DNA from: Isurus oxyrinchus
Taxonomy: Eukaryota
NCBI GenBank assembly: GCA_026770705.1
Contig: JANJGN010000021.1
Span: 111,476,001-111,540,000 of the forward strand
Reading direction: 5' to 3'
Length of the DNA: 64,000 nucleotides
Made by a program: the position numbers and the translations under genes. Under the pieces are notes generated by a model. That model had not been told where the DNA came from. It did not search any database and worked only from the letters and a program-made list of their open reading frames with translations. Positions 21,111 through 33,933 of the stretch are shown here, piece after piece. How positions within the stretch are numbered: position 1 is the stretch's first letter; each line of letters begins with the position of its first letter.

Positions 21111-23065
21111 ATAGAATCATAGAGGTCTACAGCACAGAAAAAGGCCCTTCGGCTCATCGAGTCTGTGCCGGTCAAATAATTACCTAACTATTCTAATCCC
21201 ATTTTCCAGTCCTACGCCTATAGCCTTGTATGCCAGGGCAAGTGCACATCCAAATACTTCTGCCTCTAACACCCTTTCAGGCAGTCAGTTCTAGATTCCC
21301 ACCATCCTCTGGATGAAAAATTCTTCCTCACATCCCCTCTAAACCTCCTGCCCCTTACCTTAAATCTGTGCCCCCTGGTTATTGATCCTTCCACCAAGAG
21401 GAAAAGTTCTATCCTGTCTCTACTATCTATGCCCCTCATAATTTTATACACCTCAATCATGTCCCCCCTCAACCTCCTCTGCTCCAGGGAAAATAACTCC
21501 AGTCTATCCCAATCTTTCCTCAAAGTTAAAACTTTCCAGCCCAGGCAACATCCTGGTAAATCTCCTCTGCACTCTCTCCAGTGCAATCACATCTTTCCTA
21601 TCATGCGGATTCCAGAACTACATGCAAGACTCTAGCTGTAGCCTAACCAGCGTTTTATACAGTTCCTGCATAACCTCCCTGCTCTTATACTCTATGCCTC
21701 GGCTAATAAAGGCTAGTATCCCATATGCCTTCTTAACCACTTTATCTACCTGTACCGCTACATTAAGGGACCGGTGGACATGCACGCCAAGGCCCCTCTG
21801 ATCCTTGGTACTTCCCAGGGTCCTACCATTCATTGTGTATTCCCGTGCCTTGTTTGTCCTGCCCAAGTGCATCACCTCACACTTATCCGGAATAAATTCT
21901 ATTTGCCACTGATCAGCCCATCTGACCAGCCCATCTATATCCTCCTGTAACCTAGGGCTATCCTCCTCACTATTTACAACCCCATCAATTTTCATGTCAT
22001 CCACGAACTTACTGACCAACCCTCCTACACTCAAGTCTAAATCGTTTATATATACCACAAACTGCAAGGGACCCAACACCAATCCCTGTGGAACCTCACT
22101 AGACACAGGCATCCAGTCACAAAAATACCCCTCGATCATCACCCTCTGTTTCTTGCCACTCAGACAATTCTGGATCCAATTTGCCAAATTGCCTTGCATC
22201 CTATAGGCTCTTACCTTCATTATCAGTCTCCCATGCGGGACCTAATCAAAAGCCTTGCTGAAGTCTAAGTAGACTACATCAAATGCATTACCCTCATCTA
22301 CACACCTAGTCACCTCTTCGAAAAATTCAATCAAATTGGTCAGACATGACATCCCCTTAACAAAACCATTCTGTCTATTCTTGATTAATCACTGCCTCTC
22401 GAGTGTAAATTAATTCTGTCCCTCAGGATTGTTTCCAATAGTTTCCCCACCACTGAGGTTAGACTGACTGGTCTGTAGTTCCGTGGTTTATCCCTTCCTC
22501 CCTTCTTGAATAACTGTACCACATTGGCTGTCCTCCAGTCCTCTTCTGTGGCCAGAGAGGTATTGAAAATTATTGCCAGTGCCCCTGCTATCTCCTCCCT
22601 CACCTCACTCAACAGCCTGGGATACATTTCATCCAGGCCTGGAGATTTATCTACTTTTAAGCCTGCCAGACCACTTAGAACCTCCTCCCTTTCTAGGCTA
22701 ATTTCTTTAATTATATCACAGCCCTTCTGCCTGATTTCCATACCCACGTTGTCCCTCTCACTTGTGAACACTGACGCAAAGTATTCATTTAGAACCCTAC
22801 CTACGTCTTCCGGCTCCACACACAAATTACCACTATGATCCTTAATGGGCCCTATTCTTTCCCTCTTTATCCTCTTACTCTTAATGCGCATGTAAAATAA
22901 CTTTGGATTTTTCTTTATTTTACCTGCCAATGTTTTTTCATGCCCCCTTTTTGCTCTCCTAATTTCCTTCTTAAGTTCCCTTCTACACATTCTATACTCC
23001 TCCAGGGCTTCCGCTGTTTTGAGCCCTCGGTATCTGCCATACACCTCCCTTTTTCTCTTTACCTT
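21111..23065 (-). mobile_element. CR1-like LINE, 5'-truncated, frameshifted ORF2 (reverse transcriptase)
   Basis: ORFs 22385-23110 (KSPGLDEMYPRLL, WRTANVVQLFKKG, NYRPVSLTSVVGK), 21618-22220 (SEVPQGLVLGP, KFVDD) and 21266-21586 (LFSLEQRRLRGDMIEVYK); CTATGATTCTAT tail. Confidence 0.92.
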
Positions 23066-23807
23066 GATGTGCGCGTGTGCTTGGTGAGATGAATCATTGC
23101 TCTTTCTCATAATTTTATAATTTTCTTTTGTTATTAATTATCATGCCTGACTTAGTCGAAAAGTGTCATCTTCAAAATGCTGGCACATCCCCATGAAGTT
23201 TATTCATTCCTCCGTCACAAGATTTTGACAAATCCCCCTATTCCTGCACAATATAGACTCCACTTCTGTACTGATAGTTTTTGGTGGCACCTTTTAATGA
23301 TAATGCTGTGGAAGTTCCTTTAATTAAATGTCACTGACTTGGGTTTCAGCCATGACTCAGTGGGTAGAACTCTTACTTTCTGTTGGATCGGGGGCTATGT
23401 GTTCGAGTCTCACTCCAGGGACTCAAGCACCAATTCCAAACCCAATTCCAAGTTGGCGCTCCTGACTGTTGTTGGGGCTTGGGCACAAACCAGCAAATGC
23501 TGCTATTCAATATTTGAAATATCATCTAAAATCAAATAATCTGAACAACACCTGTAATAAAACAGCCTAGTGTGGCAACAATGATCTAGCCACTGTGTGT
23601 GTGAGGGTATGTTATTCTCAAGGGCAGTAAAGGAGGGACAACAATTGTTGGCCTTTCCAACAACACTCACATCCCATGAGAGAATTTAAAAAGTCCTAAA
23701 CACATTATTTCATTCAAGCTGTAAAGATATTTTTCTTGAACAGGGTTTATGATCTTGCCAGAAATAACAAACAAAGAAAATATTCACTAAGGTTTATATC
23801 TGTACCT

Positions 23808-24565
23808 TGTTATAACGTGGCAGGTGATATGTTCCAGGCGGGCCAAATTCACAAGGGAAACTTGGCCACATTATCACAATGGTTTTGCAAGTTGTATTTA
23901 TTACGAGAAGTCTTATGCAATGAGTTAAGAAGCATTGAGTTCAAAAGAAAAAGAAATAATAAACACACTCAAGATTACAGTTACGCGGTTACTTAGCCTT
24001 AATAGTTCCCAAAATTCTTAATTAAACAGGCTCCCAACTGCACACCCTCTGTAAGGCAACAGTCCAAAAAAGATTTGAAATTATAAAACCAATCTAGCAA
24101 TGTTACCACAGCACCCATTCAACAGTGGAATTCCAAAGGCTTTTAACACAAATTTAGTCACTGGACACAGCAGATGTCTGTTAAAGTGGTTGTAAGCTTT
24201 TCCTCAAGGGCTTCTTCACATGGTGTACTTGTTGATTTCACATGGCCACAGCCCCTATATAGCTTTCCATCCCTCTTCACATATGTTTTCTCTCTCTTTA
24301 ATCTGTGAATTCCATTGTTCTATAGGTCTTTAGAAATATACTTATCGCATAATATAAAAATATTATCACTGTGGTCTCTTTCCTTTTGGGAAAAATAAAC
24401 ATAATAATCTTGCCCTATTTATCTTGTTAGTTGTAAACATCTAATTTCAACCTTGCAGTCCATTTGACTCTAATTCAATTAAATCAGTCACACAGAACCA
24501 CCCATGTTCACATCCATAAGCCTACAATAACATTATGAAAAATAAAATAAAATGATTTTGTGACA
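23808..24565. mobile_element. Possible solo LTR
   Basis: TGTTA...TGACA termini with an imperfect 4-bp flank (ACCT/ACAT); AT-rich interior. No second copy in the window to confirm. Confidence 0.3.
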
Positions 24566-25108
24566 ACATAAAGATCATGGAATTCTTAATTTAAGCTCCA
24601 TGGAGACATTGAGTTATTTAAGACAGAGAAAGAGGTCATTTGGTCCATCGAGTCTATATTGGCTCTTTGTAGACCAATCCAGTCAGTCCCATTCCTGCGC
24701 TCTATCCCCTTAGCCTTGCAAGTATGGGTATGGAATAATAACTGACAGAAATAATTAACATATTAAATGTTGTCCAAATATGTTGGTCCAGTTAATGCTG
24801 TGTCTGTGTAACTTTTCTGAAGAATATTTTGATCAATTCTTTCACAAAGTAACAAAGACTCACAATGTAAGTCAACATGTTACCATCCACAAACAGCAAA
24901 TGTGATGATGCACCAGCTGGTCATTTTGTTGTGTTACTCTGCTCGAGAACGCCACCTATGTTTTTTTTGTTTATACTGCATCTGATTGGGGGAGCAATTT
25001 TGGATGGGACATTCCCTCCTCTTCCTTGGCATCCGACTCGCTTTAAGGCAATCTAACAGGAGAGCATTCCCAGTATCCAAAGATTTCTCATTGCCCTCAT
25101 ATCATATC

Positions 25109-26935
25109 TGTTGTGTGTGTTATAATGATATTAAAGCACCAGTCGCTCATTCTATGCACATATGAACATATATACATGGATAGGAAGCTTGAGGACATCA
25201 GAGCTTCAGGGTTGTGTTCTGCTGCAGACCAAAATGAAACGAAGGCTGAAAGCAAAATACTGCGGATGCTGGAATCTGAAACAAAAACAAAAATACCTGG
25301 AAAAACTCAGCAGGTCTGACAGCATCTGCGGAGAGGAACACAGTCAATGTTTTGAGTCCGTATGACTCTTCAAGAGAACTAAGAAATATTGAAATGAGGC
25401 AGAATATAAGCTGGTTGAAGGGGAGTGGGACAGGTAGATTGGGATAGAGGGCCAGTGATAGGTGGAGGCAAAGAAGAGATTGCTAAAGATGTCATAGACA
25501 AAAGGACAAAGAGGAGTTGACGGTGGTGATATTAGCTAAGGTTAAGGGTAGAAAGCAGGACGAGCAAGGTACAGATAGCCTTAGTGGGGGGTTGGGGGGC
25601 AGGGAAGGGATCAAAATAGGCTAAAAGGTAGAGATAAAACAATGGATGGAAATACATATAAAAAAATGGAAATAGGTGGCAAAAGAAAAATATGAAAAAA
25701 TATATATAAAAAATTATAAATTATTTGATAAAGGGGAATCGGAAAGGGGGTGGGGATTGAGGAGAGAGTTCATGATCTAAAATTGTTGAACTCAATATTC
25801 AGTCCGGAAGGCTGTAAGGTGCCTAGTCGGAAGATGAGGTGTTGTTCCTGTAGTTTGCGTTGGGCTTCACTGGAACAATGCAGCAAGCCAAGGACAGACA
25901 CGTGGGCAAGAGAGCAGGGTGCAGTGTTGAAATGGCAAGCGACAGGGAGGTCTGAGTCATGCTTGCAGACAGACCGAAGGTGTTCCGCAAAGCGGTCACC
26001 CAGTTTACGTTTGGTCTCTCCAATGTAGAGGAGACCACATTGGGAGCAGCGAATGTAGTAGACTAAATTGAGGGAAGTGCAAGTGAAATGCTGCTTCACT
26101 TGAAAGGAGTGTTTGGGCCTTTGGACGGTGAGGAGAGAGGAAGTAAAGGGGCAGGTGTGGCACCTTCTGCGGTTGCAAGGGAAAGTGCTGTGGGAGGGGA
26201 TTGAGGTGTAGGGGGTGATGGAGGAGTGGACCAGGTTGTTCCGGAGGGAACGATCCCTGTGGATTGCCACCAGGGGGGTGAAGGGAAGATGTGTTTGGTG
26301 GTGACACCATGCTGGAGTAGGCGGAAATGGCAGAGGATGATCCTTTGAATGTGGAGGCTGGTGGCATAATAAAGGAGGACAAGAGGGACCCTATCATGGT
26401 TCTGGGAGGGAGGAGAAGGTGTGAGGGCGGATGTGCGGGAGATGGGCCGGACATGGTTGAGGGCTCTGTCAACTACCATGGTTATGTAACCTCAGTTACG
26501 GAAGAAGGAAGACATGTCAGAGGAACTGTTTTTTGAAAGTGGCATCATCAGAACAGATGCGGCGGAGGTGAAGGAACTGAGAGAATGGGATGGAGTCCTT
26601 ACAGTAAACGGGGTGTGAGGAGCTGTAGTCGAGGTAGCTGTGGGAGTCGGTAGGCTTGTAATGAATATTGGTGGACAGTCTATCACCAGAAATTGAGGCA
26701 GAGAGGTCAAGGAAGGGAAGGGAAGTGTCAGAGATGGACCATATGAAAATGAAGGAGGGGTGGAAATTGGAAGTAAAATTAATACATTTTTCCAGGTCCA
26801 GATGAGAGCATGAAGCAGCACCAAAGTCTGGATAAAGAGTTGTGGGAGGGACTAAGACTAAACTAACGCTGGATCACATGACACACTTCCCTTAAAGGTA
26901 TACCATGCTGCTTCCCTTAAAGGCATATTACAACA
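25109..26935. mobile_element. Possible short solo LTR split by a Penelope insertion
   Basis: TGTTG at 25109 and CAACA ending at 26935, flanked by ATATC/GTATC (5-bp TSD, 1 mismatch); the interior is occupied by the PLE. Confidence 0.4.
25250..26850 (-). mobile_element. Penelope-like retroelement, 5'-truncated (RT C-terminus, GIY-YIG, terminal repeat)
   Basis: ORF 25770-26270: CNRRRCHTC...HFTCTSLNLVYYIRCSQCGLLYIGETKRKLGDRFAEH...GLN; homologous to 32420-33930. Confidence 0.92.
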
Positions 26936-27489
26936 GTATCAGCTCGCATCATTCATGTAAGCTTTTCAGGAGAAGGGAAAAATTGAACTCATAACTTACT
27001 AAAGTGGTTCTAACTCTGGAACTTCAAGGCCGAAATCTAATCTTTTAGTCTGAGTGCTACTTGGTGCTAGGATACTGCTGGAGTTAATCCCACTCAGAGG
27101 AGTTAATTATGTAAATTTAACATTGGTCCCGATGTACAGTGAAGGGAGTGGTTATATCTAATATCATACAGAGTCACAGGTAGATTATTGTCCCTAGTGT
27201 CAAAACACTAAATGCTCTTTAACCACGTTCCTCGGATAAAGTACTACATAGATCTGGGGGGGAATTTGGATGTGGGTGGGGAGAATATGCTGACAGTTAT
27301 ATATTCAGTTCATTTGTTTTCAATCAAACTGGATATTGAACATTATCGGATAGATTTCTTGCCTGAAGAAATTGGCTTGGTGAGTGAGTTGCGTAAGAAA
27401 GCGTACAAAGGGAATTTACACAGGATATTGCCAGGCATGGAGATTTCTTTGCTGTGAGGAAAGATTAGATAGGCTGTGATTGTTTTACA

Positions 27490-28285
27490 TATGAACATAC
27501 GAACTAGGAGTAGGCTATTCGGTCCTTCGAGCTTGCTCCACCATTTACTAAGATCATGGCTGATCTGACTGTAATTTCAACTCCACATTCCCACCTACCT
27601 CCGATAACCTTGCTTATCAAGAATCTGTCTACCTCTGCCTTATAAATGTTCAGAAACTCTGCTTCCACCATGTTTTGTGGAAAAGAGTTCCAACTCATGA
27701 CCCTCTGAGAGAAAATACTTCTCATCTCTGTCTTAAATGGGCAAGCCCTTATTTTTAAACAGTGGCCCCACGTTCTACATTCTCCCACAAGAAGAAGCAC
27801 CCTCTTCATATTTGGGGGAGGTAATGGCATAGTGGTATTGTCACTGGACTAGTAATCCAGAGATCCCAGGGGAAATGTTCTGGGCACTTGGTTCAAATCT
27901 TGCCACAGCAGAAGGTGAAATTTGAATTCAGTGAAAATCTGGAATTAAAAGTCTAATGAAGACCATGAAACCATGTCAATTGTTGTAAAAAACCCATCTG
28001 GTTTGTTAACGTGCTTTAGGAAAGGAAATCTACTGTCCTTAGCTGGTCTGACCTACATGTGATTCCAGAGTCATAGCAATGCAGTTGACATGCCCTTTGC
28101 AAAGGGCCAATTAGGGATGGGCAATAAATGCTGGCCTAGCCAGTGACACCCATATCTCATGAACAAATGTAAAAAAAACCCTGTCAAGACCCCTCAGGAT
28201 CTTATATGTTTCAATCATGTCACCTCTTACTCTTCTAAACTCAAGTGGAAAAAAGACTAGCCCATCCACTCTTTCCTCATAATAT
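27490..28285 (-). mobile_element. CR1 3' fragment interrupted by a plus-strand tRNA-SINE (27815-28178)
   Basis: CR1 sequence stops at ~27810 and resumes at ~28180 (CTGTCAAGACCCCTCAGGATC); the insert has A/B boxes (TGGCATAGTGG, GGTTCAAATC) and an A-rich end. Confidence 0.75.
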
Positions 28286-28859
28286 CCCAGGGTGTTTCAA
28301 AGAGGCATTATCAGACAAATACTGACATGGAAACAAAGGGTGAAACAGTGAGGTCAAAGATCAGCCACGGTTGTACTGAATGGCAACGCAGGCTCAAGGG
28401 GCCGAATGGCCTACATCTGATCCTCTCTCTTGAGTTCTTATTCGGACAGGTCACCAAAAGCTTGGTTAAAAATACTAAGTTTCAAGGAGCATCCTAAAGG
28501 AGGAGGTAGCGAGGAAGAAAAGAAAAGGCACAGATTGGGGTAAATGAGCCAGAAATGTTGTAGCAGGAATGAAAACATTACAAACTACCATCATTTGAGT
28601 ATTATGGTCACATTCCGCTCTCTAGGTGTCTTTGTCTGCTTCTTGCCGTGCATCTACATCACTGTGTTGTGCATAGAGTGGGCAGAAATTGGACACAGTC
28701 CAAATAGATGATATTGTGTTGGCCACCAGTTGCTCACCCGGCCCACCAATATTCAGTTCCTATGATGCGTCCTCTTAGAAAGAAACACAAGTAATGCCTT
28801 TAATGATCAAAAGATGCCCCAATAGGGCTTCACAGACAATAATACAATGTGTATTCACT

Positions 28860-29180
28860 GTTTTAATGTAGGAAATCTGGCGGTCAATTTGCACACAGCA
28901 AGCTCCCACAAACAGTAATGTGATAATGGTGATAATGTATACTGCTTTTATGATGTTGATTGAGGGATAAATACTGGCCAGGACACAAGGAATGACTTTT
29001 CTATCTTTCTTTGAATAGTGACCATGGGATCTTTTACATTCACCTGAGAGTTCTGAGGGGTGCCTTAGCTCAATGTTTCATCTGAAAGATGCCACCTCCT
29101 TCAATGCAGCATTCCCTCAGCACTGCACTGAAGATTCAGTCTGGATTCAATCCTGGAGTGGAACTCGAATCCACAACCTA
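28860..29180 (-). mobile_element. DeuSINE-like (SacSINE1/AmnSINE-type) SINE
   Basis: ATTTGCACACAGCAAGCTCCCACAAACAG...GGCCAGGACAC...GCCACCTCC...GCAGCATTCCCTCAGCACTGCACTG with a reverse-strand B box. Related copies at ~45940-46270 and ~63540-63770. Family name from recognition only. Confidence 0.55.
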
Positions 29181-29959
29181 CCAAAGTCACCCCCAGGTCT
29201 GGTACAGGGGATACTGAGGAGACATGACAGTTATAGAGAGTAGATCTTGAGTTTTTGCTATGGTATAGAAAGGGTGACAGGGGGTCTGGAGCAGCCCATA
29301 TTGCATCTCTTGCAATTATTAATGCTATTAAAGGTCAACTAAAATATAAAGTGGAATCGGACGTTAAATCAGCTGCTGTTTTGCCAGCATTGGAGAAAGT
29401 CAAAGTCTATTGTCTGGACACTTCCGGGGTGTTATCAAATTCAGCAGCACCCAATAAGCAATTAGAAGTTACAGTGAAACAGAGTGTCACAATGTAGCAC
29501 AAGCAATACTCCCAAACCTCAAGGTCACATGGATATATCAGCCTCCGGTTAGCATTGACCTATTGGAAATCATAGTTCAACACAGTTAGAAAAAATACAA
29601 TCAATAAGTAAAAACCCTGGCGTCCATTGACTGATAAATCAAAGTCCATATACACAATGTATTTATTAAATAGTTTTGATTGGAAATAATTCTATAAACT
29701 CACTAAAACGATACTTCCATTGGGATATTCCATCAAACTAGATCACTGACGAATCATTCATTGCTAATTTATTTAGTCCTGTCAGGGTAAAAGCTTTTGG
29801 TGGGTGAGAAAACAAATGTATTTGGACCCAGGAAGGCCTCTCCATTTATTGCTAGTCACTCTATCATCCACAGTTGATCCCCACCCCACCACTTCAAGAT
29901 GTGGTAACTTTCCCTTCCACACTAAATATCGAGGAAGTCCTATTAGTGTTTTCTCTGTT

Positions 29960-30210
29960 CACCAGACTGATTCCTGGGATGGCAGGATTGTCGTATGAGG
30001 AAAGACTGGGCCAACTAGACCTGTATTCACTGCAGTTTAGAAGAATGAGAGGGGATCTCATTGAAACGTATAAAACTCTGACAGGGATGGACAGACTGGA
30101 TGTAGGGATGATGTTTCCTCTGGCTGGGGGGTTCGAGAACAAGGGGTCACAGTCTCAGGATACAAGGTAAACCATTTAGGACTGAGGTGAGGAGAAACTT
30201 CTTTATTCAG
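29960..30210 (+). mobile_element. CR1 ORF2 3' fragment
   Basis: FTRLIPGMAGLSYEERLGQLDLYSLQFRRMRGDLIETYK. Confidence 0.8.
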
Positions 30211-30662
30211 AAGAGAACGCTGGAGAGGTTTCTTTCACTAAGAACATATGTATTACGTAATAGGAGCATGGATAGACCACTCAGCCTTACGAGCCTGCTC
30301 CACCGATCAATATGATCATAGCTGATTTGATTGTAACCTTAACTCCATATTCCGCCTTTCAACACCCCCCACCACCCCTTGCTTGTCAAAAATCTATTTA
30401 GCTCTGCCTTCAAAATATTCAAAGACTCTAAATCCACCGCCTTCTGGGGAAGAGAGTTCCAAAGGCTCACTACCCTCTGCGAGGAAAAAGTTCTGACCTC
30501 TGTCTTAAATGAGCGACCCCTTACTTTTAAACAATGACCCCTAGCTCTAGATTCTTCCACAAGAGGAAACATCGTCTCCACATCCAACCTGTCAAAGCCC
30601 CTCAGCATCTTATATGTTTCAATCAAGTTGCCTCTTACTCTTCTAAACTCCAGTGGATACAA

Positions 30663-33600
30663 AAATAAAAACAAAATACTGCGGATGCTGGAAATCAAAA
30701 ACAAAAACAGAATTACCTGGAAAAACTCAGCAGTCTGGCAGCATCGGCGGAGAAGAAAAGAGTTGATGTTTCGAGTCCTCATGACCCTTCGACAGAACTG
30801 ATTTTTCTTTACAAGGAGAGGGGTGAAATATAAGCTGGTTTAAGGTGGGGGGGAGTGGTGGTTGTAGGGACAAGCAAGCAGTGATAGGAGCAGATAATCA
30901 AAAGATGTCACAGACAAAAGAACAAAAGGACACAGAGGTGTTGAAGTTGGTGATATTATCTAAACGAATGTGCTCATTAAGAATGGATGGTAGGGCATTC
31001 AAGGCACAGCTCTAGTGGGGGTGGGGGGGCATAAAAGATTTTAAAATAATGGAAATAGGTGGGAAAAGAAAAATCTATATAATTTATTGGAAAAAACAAA
31101 AGGAAGGGGGAAGAAACAGAAAGGGGGTGGGGATGGAGGAGGGAGCTCAGGACCTAAAGTTGTTGAATTCAATATTCAGTCCGGAAGGCTGTAAAGTGCC
31201 TAGTCGGAAGATGAGGTGCTGTTCCTCCAGTTTGCGTTGGGCTTCACTGGAACAATGCAGCAAGCCAAGGACAGACATGTGAGCAAGAGGGCAGGGTGCA
31301 GTGTTAAAATGGCAAGCGACAGGGAGGTTTGCGTCATTCTTGCGGACAGACCGCAGGTGTTCTGCAAAGCGGTCGCCCAGTTTACGTTTGGTCTCTCCAA
31401 TGTAGAGGAGACCGCATTGGGAGCAACGAATGCAGTAGACTAAGTTGGGGGAAATGCAAGTGAAATGCTGCTTCACTTGAAAGGAGTGTTTTTACCCATC
31501 TCCAATATTCTCCCTCCACCTGGACCCCTCCCTCTGGATTCTTACCATCTCTTGATCTTTTCATTGAGAACTGTTGGCGCGACATTAGTCGTCTCAATTT
31601 CTCTGCTCCTCTCACCCATTCTAATCTCTCTCTCTCTGAATTTACTGCACTCCGTTCTCTCAGGTCCAACCCTGACATTGTCATCAAACCCGCTGTCAAG
31701 GGTGGTGCTGTTGTTGTCTGGCACACTGACCTCTACCTTGCAGAGGCTGAGTGTCAACTCGCAGACACTTCCTCCTACCTCTCTCTGGACCATGACCCCA
31801 CCACTGAACATCAAGCCATTGTTTCCAGGACTGTCACTGACCTCATCTCCTCTGGGGATCTTCCTCCCACAGCTTCCAACCTGATAGTCGCCCAACCTCG
31901 GACGGCCCACTTCTACCTCTTACCCAAAATCCACAAACAGAACTCTCCCGGTAGACCGATTGTGTCAGCTTGCTCCTGCCCCACGGAACTCATTTCTCGT
32001 TATCTTGACTCCCTTCTCTCTCCCCTTGTCCAGTCCCTTCCCACCTACATCCGTGATGCCTTTGACACCTTACGTCACATCAACAATTTCCAGTTCCTTT
32101 ACCATGGACATCCAATCCCTCTACACCTCCATCCCCCACCAGGATGGTCTGAGGGCCCTTAGCTTCTTCCTCGAACAGAGGCCCGAACAATCCCCATCCA
32201 CCACTACTCTCCTCCGTCTGGCTGAACTTGTTCTCACACTGAACAATTTCTCCTTCAACTCCTCTCACTTCCTCCAAATAAAAGGTGTGGCTATGGGTAC
32301 CCGCATGGGCCCCAGCTATGCCTGTCTCTTTATGGGGTGTGTGGAACATACCTTGCTCCAGTCCTACTCCGGCCCCCTTTCACAACACTTTCTCCGGTAC
32401 ATCGATGATTACTTCGGTGCCGCTTCATGCTCTCGCCGGGACTTGGAAAAATTTATTAATTTTGCTTCCAATTTCCACCCCTCCTTCATTTTCATATGGT
32501 CCATCTCTGACACTTCCCTTCCCTTCCTTGACCTCTCTGTCTCAATCTCTGGTGATAGACTGTCCACCAATATCCATTACAAACCTACCGACTCCCACAG
32601 CTACCTCGACTACAGCTCCTCACACCCCGCTTCCTGTAAGGACTCCATCCCATTCTCCCAGTTCCTTCGCCTCCGTCGCATCTGTTCTGATGATGCTACC
32701 TTCAAAAACAGTTCCTCTGAGATGTCCTCCTTCTTCCTTAACCGAGGTTTTCCACCCACGGTCGTTGACAGGGCCCTCAACCGTGTCCGGCCCATCTCCC
32801 GCGCATCCGCCCTCACGCCTTCTCCTCCCTCCCAGAAACATGATAGGGTCCCCCTTGTCCTCACTTATCACCCCACCAGCCTCCGCATTCAAAGGATCAT
32901 CCTCCGCCATTTCCACCAACTCCAGCATGATGCCACCACCAAACACATCTTCCCTTCAACCCCCACTGGAGGCATTGCATAGGGATCGTTCCCTCCGGGA
33001 CACCCTGGTCTACTCCTCCATCACCCCCTACTCCTCAACCCCCAGCTATGGCACCTCCCATGCCCACGCAAAAGATGTAACACCTGCCCCTTCACTTCCT
33101 CTCTCCTCACTGTCCAAGGGCCCAAACACTCCTTTCAAGTGAAGCAGCATTTCACTTGCATTTCCCCCAACTTAGTCTACTGCATTTGTTGCTCCCAATG
33201 TGGTCTCCTCTACATTGGAGAGACCAAATGTAAACTGGGCGATCGCTTTGCAGAACACCTGCGGTCTGTCCGCAAGAATGACCCAAACCTCCCTGTCGCT
33301 TGCCATTTTAACACTCCACCCTGCTCTCTTGCCCACATGTCTGTCCTTGGCTGGCTGCATTGTTCCAGTGAAGCCCAACGCAAACTGGAGGAACAACACC
33401 TCATCTTCCGACTAGGCACTTTACAGCCTTCCGGACTGAATATTGAATTCAACAACTTTAGGTCTTGACCTCCCTCCTCCATCCCCACCCCCTTTCTGTT
33501 TCTTCCCCCTTCCTTTTGTTTTTTCCCAATAATTTATATAGATTTTTCTTTTCCCACCTATTTCCATTATTTTTAGATATTTTAAAATCTTTTATGCCCC

Positions 33601-33933
33601 CCCCCACCCCCACTAGAGCTGTACCTTGAGTGCCCTACCATCCATTCTTAATTAGCACATTCGTTTAGATAATATCACCAACTTCAACACCTCTGTGTTC
33701 TTTTGTTCTTTTGTCTGTGACATCTTTTGATGATCTGCTCCTATCACTGCTGGCTTGTCCCTACAACCACCACCCTCCCCCCCAACCTTAAACCAGCTTA
33801 TATTTCACCCCTCTCCTTGTAAAGAAAAATCTGTTCTGTCGAAGGGTCATGAGGACTCGAAACGTCAACTCTTTTCTTCTCCGCCGATGCTGCCAGACCT
33901 GCTGAGTTTTTCCAGGTAATTCTGTTTTTGTTT
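30663..33933 (+). mobile_element. Penelope-like retroelement (RT + GIY-YIG) with a ~830-bp inverted pseudo-LTR and 14-bp TSD
   Basis: RT ORF 31960-32982 (MDIQSLYT, QIKGVAMGTRMGPSYA, RYIDD) and GIY-YIG ORF 33139-33468 (NLVY...YIGET...RFAEH...GLN). Bases 30663-31491 are an inverted copy of ~33124-33933. TSD TCCAGTGGATACAA at 30649-30662 and 33934-33947. Frameshifted and 5'-truncated. Confidence 0.95.
33833..33870 (+). ncRNA. Minimal type-I hammerhead ribozyme-like motif in the PLE terminal repeat (variant core)
   Basis: GTT-CTGTCGA-A-GGGTC-ATGAG-GACTC-GAAAC-GTC-AAC: helix I GTT/AAC, helix II GGGTC/GACTC, GAAA, loop-less helix III and GUC triplet. The core reads CUGUCGA rather than CUGANGA. Confidence 0.6.

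Noticed and set aside
31147-33468. Host GIY-YIG nuclease genes
   Set aside because: All three copies lie within Penelope elements next to RT or terminal repeats, and their start codons are artefacts of frameshifts.
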